From positions 768,001-832,000 of the forward strand of contig CAVTCS010000003.1 of NCBI GenBank assembly GCA_963733295.1: a stretch of DNA of 64,000 bases, written 5' to 3'. Shown here piece after piece: positions 42,360 to 51,412 of this stretch. How positions within the stretch are numbered: the first letter of the stretch is position 1; the number at the start of each line of letters is the position of its first letter. The notes under the pieces were generated by a model that was not told the DNA's origin, did no database searches, and saw only the letters and a list, made by a program, of their open reading frames with translations. Position numbers and translations under genes: made by a program. This DNA comes from Vulcanimicrobiota bacterium (GTDB lineage Bacteria; Vulcanimicrobiota; Vulcanimicrobiia; Vulcanimicrobiales; Vulcanimicrobiaceae).

Positions 42360-45300
42360 GTGACGCCGTTCGCGACGTGGCGGGCGCGTCTCCCTGCCGC
42401 GATCGGTTCCTGGTTCGCTCGGGATCTCGTCCGTAACGCGCTCGCCCTCGTCGAGGGTGGGCGCGTCGCGCTTCGCGCCGTCGAGGACGCGAAAGTCGAG
42501 GCCGCCGTCGACGATCCGCGCAGCGGCGTGCGCAACGTCGCGGTCGAGTGGGGCGCGGGAACCGGTCCGCTCGCATTGCGTGCGGTCTGCTCGTGCGGAA
42601 CGAGCGGGATCTGCGAACACGTCGTCGCCGCGCTCGAAGCAGTTCGCTCGCAGACCGAACTGGAAAGCACCGCGCCGGCATCCGAGCTCAGTCTAGCCTG
42701 GTTGCCGGTCCCGCGCGTCGAGGCGCGCCTGATTCGAGCGCGCAGCGTCTGGCCCGTTTTCAATTCGCCCGACGGACTGACGTTGTGCGCGACGCTCGTG
42801 CTGGATTCGCCCCGGCTGCGCGGCGCCGTGCGCGACGCGCAGGCGGTCGTCGCGATGATGGATGCGACGCCGCTCGATGACTGGGAAGAAGTCGACCGCG
42901 AACTCTTGCGCGACGAGGCCGTCGTAGAGTCGTTCGCCGGGCGCAACGTGCCGCGCGCGCTGGCGCGCGCGCTGTTCCCGTTGTCGCGCCATCCCAGGCT
43001 CCGTTTCGACGACGACCCCGCTCAAGGCCGTCACCCCTCGGAGTTACCGGAGTTCCATATCGACTTGCGCGGGGTCGCGCTGCGCGCGACGCGTCACGGC
43101 GGCGACTTCATGCCGCTGTTCGAAACTGCCGACGGACGGCGCATCGCGGCGCGCGACATGTTCTTACTCGACGGGCCGCCGGTCTGGATTGCGACTCGCC
43201 GCGCTGTCTACCTCGTCGACGGAACGTTCGATGCGCGCAAAGCAATCGAAGTTGCGCGCTCGATGAACGGTCCCGTGCCTGCTGCCGAGCCGGCAACCTC
43301 GCCGCGAACGATCGCGCGCGTCGCGCCGTTCTTGACCGACGAAGACCGCCTGGAGCTCGGCATTCGCGACGCGACCGAGCCGGGTGCGGAGATCGCCCTG
43401 GGCTGGGGCAACGGCGCGTTGCTCGCAACCTTGACCTTCAGCGATCGCGCCAGTGGCGCCAGGGCACCCTATACGGCGCTCGGGGCCATCGCGCCGGAAG
43501 GGCGCCATTTCGTGCGCTTCAGCCCCGAGCACGCCACGCAACTCCGCGAGCGCTTGCTCGACGCCGGCTTCGTTCCGCGCGCCAGCGACGGCTTCGCGCT
43601 GCACGGCCCGGACCGCGCCGCGGCGTTCGTGCGCGAGACGCTTCCGACGTGGACCGATCTCGAGCAACGGCTCGACCCCGGGCTCCGCGAGCTGGCCGGC
43701 GGCCGGAGCGAGCTCGACATCAACGTCTCGGCCGTTCGAGCCGGCGATGAATCCGACTGGTTCGAACTGAAGGTCGACGTTTTGCTCGGGGACGGCGAGA
43801 CGCTGACCCAGGCCGAACTCGCCGCGCTGCTTTCGACGTCGGGGCGATATGCCGAAGTCCGCGGGAAGCTCATCGACGTCGGGAAACTGCGCGAGCGGAA
43901 TGCGCTGCTGAGCGATCTGGCCGAGCGGCGGCGAAGCGGGTTTGCCGCCTTGCTGGCGCTCCGCGACGAGTTGCACGAGAACTTCGCGCGCGTGGATCTG
44001 CCCGAGGACGTCGAACGGGCGCGCGAACGCTTGCGCAACTTCGCGGGAATCCCGGTGGTCGAGCCGCCGGAGCTGAGCAACGGTTCGCTGCGCGGCTATC
44101 AGCAGCGCGGCCTTGACTTTCTCGTCTACCTCGCCGGGTTCGGCTTCGGCGGCATCTTAGCCGACGAGATGGGTCTCGGAAAGACCGTCCAGGTGATCAG
44201 CTACCTCCTAAGGCGCAAGCGCGAGGAGGGTTCCTTACCGTCGCTCGTGATCGCGCCGACCTCAGTGACGCATACCTGGGAAAACGAGATCGCGCGCTTC
44301 GCGCCCGAGCTGCGCACCTTGCGGTTGCACTCGGGAAGCGAGCGAGCAGCACGCTACGAAGAGATCCCCGGCGCCGACATCGTCATCACGTCGTATGCGC
44401 TGGCGCGGCTGGATGCCGAGCAGCTGGCAGAGCACCACTTCCGCTCCTTGATTCTCGACGAAGCCCAAAATGCGAAGAATCCGAGCTCTCAGATCGCCCG
44501 CGTCGTGCGGGCCTTGCGGGCCGACCACCGGCTCGCCCTGACCGGAACGCCGGTCGAAAACTCGCTGCGCGACCTGTGGGCGATCTTTGCCTTCGTCGAG
44601 CCCGGCTTGCTCGGTTCGGAGGCCTCGTTCCGGCGCCGTTTCGAAGTGCCGATTGCGGCGAACGACCAGAAGGCCGTGATGACGCTGCGTTCGCGGCTCG
44701 AGCCGTTCTTGCTGCGGCGTACGAAAGAAGACGTCGCGCCCGAGCTGCCGGAGCGCACCGAAGTCGTCCTCGAATGCGACTTGTCGCCGCTGCAGCGGCG
44801 CCTCTACCGCGGCGTCGCCGAGGCTGCCCGGCGCGAAGTGTTCGCGCTCCTCGACGAACAGGGCATGGAGCGTGCAACCGTCCACGTTCTGGCCGCGCTC
44901 ACCCGCCTGCGCCAGATCTGCGCCCATCCCGGCTTGCTCTTCGAGGAATTTCTCGAGGACCCGGAGGCCAGCGCCAAGTTCGACGCGTTTCTTGAAACGG
45001 TCGACGAGATTCTTTCGGGCGGCCACCGCTTGCTCGTCTTCAGCGCCTTCGCGTCGATGCTGCGCGTGATGCGCGGGACGCTCGAGCGGCGCGGGATCGC
45101 CTACGGATACCTCGACGGCTCGACCAAGGACCGGGACCGGCAGGGCGAAGTTGCGCGGTTCATGCAGGCGGACGGGCCGCCGCTCTTTCTCTGTTCGCTC
45201 AAGGCCGGCGGGGTCGGTTTAACGCTCACCGCGGCCGACTACGTGATCCTTTACGACCCTTGGTGGAATCCGGCGGTGGAACGTCAGGCGATCGATCGCA

Positions 45301-45491
45301 CGCACCGCATCGGACAACACCGCGCGGTCACGGCGTACCGGCTCGTGACGAGCGGAACCGTTGAGGAGAAGATCCGTCAGCTGGCGGAGCGCAAGACGAA
45401 CCTCTCGCGCAACATCATCAAAGCGGACGGGGCTCTCGCGAAATCGCTGACCCGCGAAGATCTCGAGATGCTCTTCGCGGATCCGCAGTAG
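42360..45491 (+). CDS. SWIM zinc-finger SNF2-family helicase
   Basis: CSC....CEH SWIM; ADEMGLGKT, DEAQ, LTGTP.EN, SLKAGG.GL.LT, QA.DR.HRIGQ. Confidence 0.95.
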   Translation: MTPFATWRARLPAAIGSWFARDLVRNALALVEGGRVALRAVEDAKVEAAVDDPRSGVRNVAVEWGAGTGPLALRAVCSCGTSGICEHVVAALEAVRSQTELESTAPASELSLAWLPVPRVEARLIRARSVWPVFNSPDGLTLCATLVLDSPRLRGAVRDAQAVVAMMDATPLDDWEEVDRELLRDEAVVESFAGRNVPRALARALFPLSRHPRLRFDDDPAQGRHPSELPEFHIDLRGVALRATRHGGDFMPLFETADGRRIAARDMFLLDGPPVWIATRRAVYLVDGTFDARKAIEVARSMNGPVPAAEPATSPRTIARVAPFLTDEDRLELGIRDATEPGAEIALGWGNGALLATLTFSDRASGARAPYTALGAIAPEGRHFVRFSPEHATQLRERLLDAGFVPRASDGFALHGPDRAAAFVRETLPTWTDLEQRLDPGLRELAGGRSELDINVSAVRAGDESDWFELKVDVLLGDGETLTQAELAALLSTSGRYAEVRGKLIDVGKLRERNALLSDLAERRRSGFAALLALRDELHENFARVDLPEDVERARERLRNFAGIPVVEPPELSNGSLRGYQQRGLDFLVYLAGFGFGGILADEMGLGKTVQVISYLLRRKREEGSLPSLVIAPTSVTHTWENEIARFAPELRTLRLHSGSERAARYEEIPGADIVITSYALARLDAEQLAEHHFRSLILDEAQNAKNPSSQIARVVRALRADHRLALTGTPVENSLRDLWAIFAFVEPGLLGSEASFRRRFEVPIAANDQKAVMTLRSRLEPFLLRRTKEDVAPELPERTEVVLECDLSPLQRRLYRGVAEAARREVFALLDEQGMERATVHVLAALTRLRQICAHPGLLFEEFLEDPEASAKFDAFLETVDEILSGGHRLLVFSAFASMLRVMRGTLERRGIAYGYLDGSTKDRDRQGEVARFMQADGPPLFLCSLKAGGVGLTLTAADYVILYDPWWNPAVERQAIDRTHRIGQHRAVTAYRLVTSGTVEEKIRQLAERKTNLSRNIIKADGALAKSLTREDLEMLFADPQ

Positions 45492-45501
45492 CGCCGGAGC
45501 A

Positions 45502-45609
45502 CTAGTAGCGCAGACGTGGTCCCCAGCCGGCGAAACTTTCGCCCGGCGCGATGGCGATCGTAGGACGACGAACTTCTTCCTTATCGTTTAGCGTACGCGG
45601 TTTAATCAT
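45502..45609 (-). CDS. Unannotated 35-aa small protein
   Basis: GAAAGGAGGG SD 7 nt before ATG; MIKPRTLNDKEEVRRPTIAIAPGESFAGWGPRLRY; fits wholly in the intergenic gap. Confidence 0.65.
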   Translation of the reverse strand: MIKPRTLNDKEEVRRPTIAIAPGESFAGWGPRLRY

Positions 45610-45645
45610 TCCGAGACCCTCCTTTCTTGGGATTCCATGGGATAG

Positions 45646-45670
45646 TACGGCCCACGCGTGGCGAAGTTTC
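45646..45670 (-). promoter_or_regulatory. ECF-type promoter GAAAC-N16-CGTA for the 35-aa ORF
   Basis: Resembles B. subtilis SigW consensus TGAAAC-N16-CGTA; overlapping TACTAT. Confidence 0.5.
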
Positions 45671-45735
45671 GGGGGTGGTATCTGCGTGCGATTCGCCTCC
45701 AGGTACCACGGGGCGCGGCGCGCGAATCGGCTGCC

Positions 45736-47406
45736 ATGCAGGACTCGAGCTACGCCTTCGGAGCGAGCGAGGTTCCCCTACTCGGGGAAACGCTGGGCGC
45801 GAACTTCGACCGTATCGCGGCCACCTATCCGGAGAACGAAGCCGTCATCGCCTGCCATCAGGGCAAGCGCTTGCGCTATCGCGAACTGCGCGAAGTGACC
45901 GACGCGTTCGCGCGCGGGCTGATCGCACTCGGAGTTCAACACGGCGATCGCGTCGGCATCTGGTCGACGAATTCGATCGAGTGGGTCGTGGCACAGTTCG
46001 CGACGCCCAAGATCGGTGCGATCCTGGTAAACATCAACCCGGCGTACCGCAGCTCCGAAGCAGCCTACGCGTTGCGCCAGAGCGGGGTTTCGGTACTCTT
46101 GACGCAAGTGCGGCACAAGACGAGCGAGTACGTCGAAATCCTGCGCGAGATCCGCGACGGGCTTCCCGAGCTGCGCACCGTGGTGCTGCTCGGTGACGAC
46201 GAATTAAAGGCGCCGCTCGAAGGCGCGCTCCGCTACGACGACGTGTTGACGGCGGCGCTCAACGTTCCGGACGAGCGCTTGCGCGAACGAGCTGCCGCGG
46301 TCCAATTCGACGAAGCGATCAACATCCAGTACACCTCCGGCACGACGGGCTTCCCGAAGGGCGCGACGCTTTCGCATCACAACATCCTCAACAACGGCTT
46401 CTTCATCGGCGAAGGCTGCCGCTACAGCGAACGGGACCGCGTGTGCGTGCCCGTTCCGTTCTATCACTGCTTCGGCATGGTGCTCGGGAATCTCGCGGCC
46501 GTAACTCACGGTGCTACGATCGTCATTCCCAACTACAGCTTCGATCCCGAACTCACGCTGCGGGCGGTCCAGAGCGAGCGCTGCACCTCGCTTTACGGCG
46601 TGCCGACGATGTTTATCGCCGAACTGGGCCTGCCGAACTTCGGAGAGTTCGACTTCTCGACGCTTCGGACCGGAATCATGGCGGGTTCGCCGTGTCCGGT
46701 CGAGATCATGAAGCGCGTGCAGAGCGAGATGCACATGCCGGAGGTCACGATCTGCTACGGGATGACCGAAACCTCGCCGGTTTCGACGCAAACGTCGGTC
46801 GACGACCCGCTCGACAAGCGAACCGGCACGGTCGGCCGGGTGCACCCGCATCTCGAGGTGAAGATCGTCGACGAAGCAGGGCGCGTCGTGCCGCGCGGGA
46901 CGCCGGGCGAACTCTGCACGCGCGGTTACAGCGTCATGCTGGGATATTGGAACGATCCCGCGAACACCGCCGGCGCGATCGACGCGGCGCGCTACATGCA
47001 CAGCGGTGACATCGCCGCGATGGATGCGGAGGGATACCTGAACATCGCCGGCCGGATCAAAGACATGGTGATCCGCGGGGGCGAAAACGTCTACCCGCGC
47101 GAGGTCGAAGAGTTCCTCTACTCGCATCCGTCCATCAAAGACGTTTCGGTCATCGGCGTTCCGGACGAAAAGTACGGCGAGGAGCTGTGCGCGTGGGTCG
47201 TTTTACACGACGAAGGCGCGGCGAGCGAAGAAGATATCCGCGAGTTCTGCCGCGGAAAAATCGCGCACTACAAGATCCCGCGCTACGTTCGTTTCGTGCG
47301 CGAGTTCCCGATGACCGTCACCGGAAAAGTCCAAAAATATAAGATGCGCGAGATCTCGACGGCCGAGCTCGGACTCGAGTCGGCCGCCAAGATCGCTACC
47401 GCCTGA
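45736..47406 (+). CDS. AMP-binding acyl-CoA synthetase (ACSF2/YngI-like)
   Basis: YTSGTTGFPKG, YHCFG, YGMTETSP, SGD, GRIKDM.IRGGEN, TGK.QK. Confidence 0.95.
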   Translation: MQDSSYAFGASEVPLLGETLGANFDRIAATYPENEAVIACHQGKRLRYRELREVTDAFARGLIALGVQHGDRVGIWSTNSIEWVVAQFATPKIGAILVNINPAYRSSEAAYALRQSGVSVLLTQVRHKTSEYVEILREIRDGLPELRTVVLLGDDELKAPLEGALRYDDVLTAALNVPDERLRERAAAVQFDEAINIQYTSGTTGFPKGATLSHHNILNNGFFIGEGCRYSERDRVCVPVPFYHCFGMVLGNLAAVTHGATIVIPNYSFDPELTLRAVQSERCTSLYGVPTMFIAELGLPNFGEFDFSTLRTGIMAGSPCPVEIMKRVQSEMHMPEVTICYGMTETSPVSTQTSVDDPLDKRTGTVGRVHPHLEVKIVDEAGRVVPRGTPGELCTRGYSVMLGYWNDPANTAGAIDAARYMHSGDIAAMDAEGYLNIAGRIKDMVIRGGENVYPREVEEFLYSHPSIKDVSVIGVPDEKYGEELCAWVVLHDEGAASEEDIREFCRGKIAHYKIPRYVRFVREFPMTVTGKVQKYKMREISTAELGLESAAKIATA

Positions 47407-47409
47407 GCG

Positions 47410-48765
47410 CTATTTGATTTTCACCGGCGTGTAGTCGCTGCGAGCGACGATCGTCTGCGAATTAAAGATCGCGGTCGCCTTCGCGCTGTCGGGGTTCGAG
47501 CAGCTCTCGGCGGCGTACTCGCCACCCACCGCCGAACCGATCCCGAAGAACTCGTCGGGGCTGGAGCGCTTGGATTTGGGAAGGATCACGCCGGCGAACG
47601 TCTCCTGCACGTTCTGGTGGTCGCAGGCGCGCCAATAGCTTTCTTGCTTCTTATAACCGTTGAAACGGTGGCCTTCGAAGGCCTTCACGAGCGCCGCGGT
47701 GTCGGTCGTGCCGGCCGCCATCACGCGGTCCACGATCTGCTGGCCCGAGATGTAGCCGAGGTACTGCCGCCAGTTCGGCGGGAAGCCTTTGGCCACGGCT
47801 TTGAGTTTCTTGTAGAGCTCGAGCGTCCCGTCGCCGCCCGCTTCGGGACCCCAGACGTAACCCCAAATCGAACCGACCATGTCGTCCACCGGCATGCCGA
47901 CCGCGACTTCATTGCCGCAGAGGAGCCCGCCGAAGGTCATTTTGTTTTGCAAGCCGAGTCCGACCGCAGCCTTCGACGCGTTCTGCGTGTCGGGGCCGTA
48001 GTTGCAAAAGACCAGCACGTCGGCGTCGGTATTGCGCGCGCGGGTCAGGTACGACGAATAGTCGGTCTGTCCCAGCGGATGCCGGTCGTTGCCGACTTCG
48101 ACCCCGCCTCCGGCGCGAAGGATCTTGGCGAACCGGTCGTGCCCGTCGTTCCCGAACGCGTAGTCGGCGGTGATGAAATACCACTTCTTGCCCTTCTTGA
48201 GGAGCGCCGGAGCGACCGCGTTGGCCAGCATGGCGTTCGAACAGGTGGCGCGGAAGCAGACCTTGTTGGCCTTGGGGCCAGTGATGTTCGTGTCGTGCGT
48301 GCCGACGGCGACGAAAAGGACGCCGTTTTCCTCCGCCGTCGCCGAAACCGCGAGTGCGACGGCCGAGGAGAGGCAGCCGGTAAGGACGTCGACTTTCTCC
48401 TGCGAGATCAAGCGCTTCGCTTCGTTCGTCCCGATTGCCGGCTGACTGTTGTCGTCGCCTCTGACGATCACGAACTGGACGCGCGAGTTCTTCTTGTTGG
48501 CCTCGCTGCAGGCCAGGGCCAGCCCCGTCTGTTGCGATTCCGAGGCTGCGGCGTAGACGCCCGAAAAGCCGTCGATGTGGCCGATCTTCACTATTGCGCC
48601 GCCGCCCGCGGCGATGACGTCCTTGGGTGGCGCCAAGGGCGCCGCGCCGGCCGGCCGGTTTTCGAGGAGTGGAAAACCGAGAACCGACGCGCCCGCGATG
48701 CCGAGCGCGCCCGTGCGGCGCAAGAACTCCGAGCGCGAGACTTCCCGCTCTAACTCGTCACGCAT
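47410..48765 (-). CDS. Tat-exported LIV-family (Peripla_BP_6) substrate-binding protein
   Basis: SRSEFLRR Tat-like signal, G.LSSAVALA, ADYAFG, TDYSSYL; GGAGG SD. Confidence 0.9.
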   Translation of the reverse strand: MRDELEREVSRSEFLRRTGALGIAGASVLGFPLLENRPAGAAPLAPPKDVIAAGGGAIVKIGHIDGFSGVYAAASESQQTGLALACSEANKKNSRVQFVIVRGDDNSQPAIGTNEAKRLISQEKVDVLTGCLSSAVALAVSATAEENGVLFVAVGTHDTNITGPKANKVCFRATCSNAMLANAVAPALLKKGKKWYFITADYAFGNDGHDRFAKILRAGGGVEVGNDRHPLGQTDYSSYLTRARNTDADVLVFCNYGPDTQNASKAAVGLGLQNKMTFGGLLCGNEVAVGMPVDDMVGSIWGYVWGPEAGGDGTLELYKKLKAVAKGFPPNWRQYLGYISGQQIVDRVMAAGTTDTAALVKAFEGHRFNGYKKQESYWRACDHQNVQETFAGVILPKSKRSSPDEFFGIGSAVGGEYAAESCSNPDSAKATAIFNSQTIVARSDYTPVKIK

Positions 48766-48864
48766 GAAGACCTCCAATAAAAAAATGCGTTGATTTAAAA
48801 GACGTTGCTTCATGGATGATAGGCTTTTCGAGGCCACTTTCCTGTGACTCGCGAAATGCGCGGC

Positions 48865-49824
48865 ATGGCGACGGCCAAGATCGCGCTGCTCCTGCGCCTG
48901 CTGGCGGCGATCGACGAGGGCCGCTACGGTTTCGAAGAACTCAAAGTGCGGCTCGACGAGGAGAGGCCGCCCAGCACGCGCACGCTGCGGCGCTACCTCG
49001 CGACGCTTGCAGAATCGGGCTTTCCCTGGTTGTACGACCGAGGCACCGGCACGTATCGCTTCGAATCGGGCTATTCGCTGCGGCGTCTCGAGCTATCCGG
49101 TAACGAGCTCTTCGGCCTGCTCGCGCTGCGCGGCATCGCGGCTTCGCTGGGCGGCAATATCGGGGCCTCGATCGGAGAAGTCACCGAAAAACTAGCGCAC
49201 GTTTCCGGCCGCGCCGCCGCTGCCAAGCCGGCGGTTCGCGTTCACCTGAGCGACCCGCAGCTCGACCCCGAGCGCGCGGCGATCTTCGAGCTGCTACAAC
49301 GGGCGCAGCGCGAGCATCAAAGCGTGCGCTTCGAATACGTCGACAAGAACGGGAAGCGCTCGACGCGGCACGCCGATCCCTACGGTTTCGTCGTCTCGGG
49401 TGGGCGCATCTACGCGGTTACTCACGACCGCTCGCGTGGCGACCTGCGGGTCTTCGCCGTCGACGGAATAACCAACGTGCGGCTCGCCCCTCAGCGCTTT
49501 ACCCTGCCGGACGATTTCGACATCGAGGCGTTTGCGGCGCGCTCGGTCAGCGGCATCATGCACGGGGATCGCGCGACGCGCGTGACGGTGCGCTTTTCGG
49601 CGCTGGTCGCGCGAGCGGCCAAAGCCGACCGCATCGTGCGCGAGCGGACGATCGAAGAGGGGCCCGGCGGCAGCGTCACGATCGTCTACACCATCGCCGA
49701 TGCGCCCGAATTCGTGCGCTGGCTGCTCAAATTCGGCGCCGAAGCGGAGATCGTCGAACCGGAAGAAGTCCGCGCTTTGGCGCGCGAGATCGCCTCCTCG
49801 GTAGCGGCGTTGTACGGAAGCTAA
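48865..49824 (+). CDS. WYL-domain transcriptional regulator (wHTH-WYL-WCX, YafY/PafBC-like)
   Basis: S.RTLRRYLATL...GFP, R..DPYG......IY, R.F.VD.I, FD...F, WLLKFGAEAEI.EP. Confidence 0.93.
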   Translation: MATAKIALLLRLLAAIDEGRYGFEELKVRLDEERPPSTRTLRRYLATLAESGFPWLYDRGTGTYRFESGYSLRRLELSGNELFGLLALRGIAASLGGNIGASIGEVTEKLAHVSGRAAAAKPAVRVHLSDPQLDPERAAIFELLQRAQREHQSVRFEYVDKNGKRSTRHADPYGFVVSGGRIYAVTHDRSRGDLRVFAVDGITNVRLAPQRFTLPDDFDIEAFAARSVSGIMHGDRATRVTVRFSALVARAAKADRIVRERTIEEGPGGSVTIVYTIADAPEFVRWLLKFGAEAEIVEPEEVRALAREIASSVAALYGS

Positions 49825-49857
49825 CGGGGCCTCCGCGATCGCTCGCGGAGGCCCCGT
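49824..49857. terminator. Perfect 15-bp GC-rich hairpin (terminator-like, no U-tract)
   Basis: ACGGGGCCTCCGCGA-TCGC-TCGCGGAGGCCCCGT starting at the WYL stop. Confidence 0.65.
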
Positions 49858-50015
49858 CGACGTGTTTTCCGCGACCGGCAGCGCGTACTTCGATTGCTCG
49901 ATCCGCATTTCCGTCGTTGGCGTTCTTCGGCCGGTTCCCGGATGTCCGCCGCGAAGCGGTGTTCCAAGGTGCGGCGACCGCGATGTCACGTTCATCGCAC
50001 TTCATTGCTGAAGTG
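49824..50015 (-). ncRNA. Candidate ~190-nt structured ncRNA (unassigned)
   Basis: Lies between a consensus-like promoter and a strong hairpin; several stem-loops, two with GCAA tetraloops; no SD-supported ORF. Confidence 0.55.
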
Positions 50016-50020
50016 TTTTC

Positions 50021-50049
50021 ATTCTAATCGGGTCATTTTTCGGTTTCAA
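50021..50049 (-). promoter_or_regulatory. sigma70 promoter TTGAAA-N17-TAGAAT
   Basis: -35 at 50044-50049, -10 at 50021-50026; 5/6 match to consensus in each box. Confidence 0.75.
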
Positions 50050-50125
50050 GAGCCCAAACCGCCTACCCACAACGAATCCACAAGAAAGTACGTTTATTCG
50101 CCGAAATCCACCGCGTACTCACAGG

Positions 50126-50662
50126 ATGGAGCCTTTCTTGCACGTCATTCTCGGCCGGATTCCCGCCGTTTTGCGGATTTGCGGCGCGGCGGTTCTCGGC
50201 TTTGCATGCAGCATCGGGACCGCTGCGGCCGACGCACCGAGCGGGCAACCCGTCGACGGCATCCGCTGCGACCAGATGGAGGGTTCGGTCTTCCACATTC
50301 ACCAGCACTTGGCGCTGTACGATCGCGGCAAACCGGTGCCGGTCCCGAGCGACGTCGGGCGACCGCTGATGGGCGCGTGCCTCTACTGGTTGCACACGCA
50401 CACCCCTGACGGGATCATTCACATCGAGTCGCCGGTCTTCAGGAGTTTCACGCTGGGCGACTTCTTCGACATTTGGGGCGAGCCGTTGTCGGCTTCGCGC
50501 GCCGGCCCGCTGCGTGCGAAGGGTAAGCTCACCATTTATGTCGACGGTCAGCTCTTCGCAGGGAACCCGCGCGCGATCGAACTGGCGCAGCATACCGACA
50601 TCGTTATCGAAAACGCGCCGCCGCTCGTGAAGCCGGGCCCGGTCGATTGGCGCGGCCAATAG
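50126..50662 (+). CDS. Secreted His-rich conserved hypothetical protein (putative metal-binding)
   Basis: HIHQH, C.Y.LHTH..DG.IHIES, TLG.FF.IWG. Confidence 0.8.
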   Translation: MEPFLHVILGRIPAVLRICGAAVLGFACSIGTAAADAPSGQPVDGIRCDQMEGSVFHIHQHLALYDRGKPVPVPSDVGRPLMGACLYWLHTHTPDGIIHIESPVFRSFTLGDFFDIWGEPLSASRAGPLRAKGKLTIYVDGQLFAGNPRAIELAQHTDIVIENAPPLVKPGPVDWRGQ

Positions 50663-50683
50663 TTTTCGTTCGCGTTGAGGCCA

Positions 50684-51412
50684 CTAGGCGTTCTCGTCCT
50701 CTTCGGCCGCGCCGAGATACGCGTCGGTTATCTCCTCGCGGCCGAGCAGTTCCGCGCCGGTGCCTTCGAGCGCGATCGTGCCGCGTTCCAGGACGTAGGC
50801 GCGGTCGGCGAGGGCCAGCGCTTTGCGCGCGTTTTGTTCGACCAGAAGGATCGACGTGCCGCGTGCGCGCTCTTCCGCGACGATCGCGAAAATCTGATCG
50901 ACGAGCTTGGGGGCGAGGCCCATCGACGGTTCGTCGAGCAGCAGCGCTTTGGGATGGGTGATCAGCGCGCGCCCTAGCGCGAGCATTTGTTGTTCGCCGC
51001 CGGAGAGGGAACCGGCCGGAACGGAGCGCCGCTTTCCGAGGATTGGGAAGCGTTCGTAGAGAGCCGCGATTTCCGCCTTGCGATTCAGACCGGGCGCAGC
51101 CTCGGCGGCGACCAGCAGGTTCTCCTCGACGGTCAGCTGCGCGAGCATGCGGCGCCCTTCGGGGACGTGCGCCAGACCCGCGCGCACGACGTCGTGCGAT
51201 GCGACGCGCGCGAGGTCGCGGCCGAGGAATCGGATCTTCCCCGCGCGTATCGGCAGGAGTCGCGAGAGCGTCATGAGCAGCGTCGTCTTGCCCGCACCGT
51301 TCGCACCGACGATCGCGCACAGCGTGTGAACCTCGAGCTGAAGCGAGACGCCCCGCAGCACCTCGATGCGACCGTAGCCGGCGTGCAGGTTTTCGACTTC
51401 GAGCAACGCCAT
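50684..51412 (-). CDS. livF: LIV-type ABC ATPase
   Basis: GANGAGKTT, VPEGR, LSGGEQQML, DEPSMGLAP. Confidence 0.93.
   Translation of the reverse strand: MALLEVENLHAGYGRIEVLRGVSLQLEVHTLCAIVGANGAGKTTLLMTLSRLLPIRAGKIRFLGRDLARVASHDVVRAGLAHVPEGRRMLAQLTVEENLLVAAEAAPGLNRKAEIAALYERFPILGKRRSVPAGSLSGGEQQMLALGRALITHPKALLLDEPSMGLAPKLVDQIFAIVAEERARGTSILLVEQNARKALALADRAYVLERGTIALEGTGAELLGREEITDAYLGAAEEDENA

Noticed and set aside
42360..49824. SNF2 helicase plus WYL regulator as an anti-phage island
   Set aside because: The genes are separated by metabolic genes, no nuclease, methylase or effector is present, and the SNF2 sits with housekeeping clpC
49294..49995. 233-aa ORF antisense to the WYL gene
   Set aside because: No SD, runs through the terminal hairpin, and looks like a GC-rich shadow ORF
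49862..50020. 8-bp direct repeat GTGTTTTC as a MITE target-site duplication
   Set aside because: No terminal inverted repeats and no transposase
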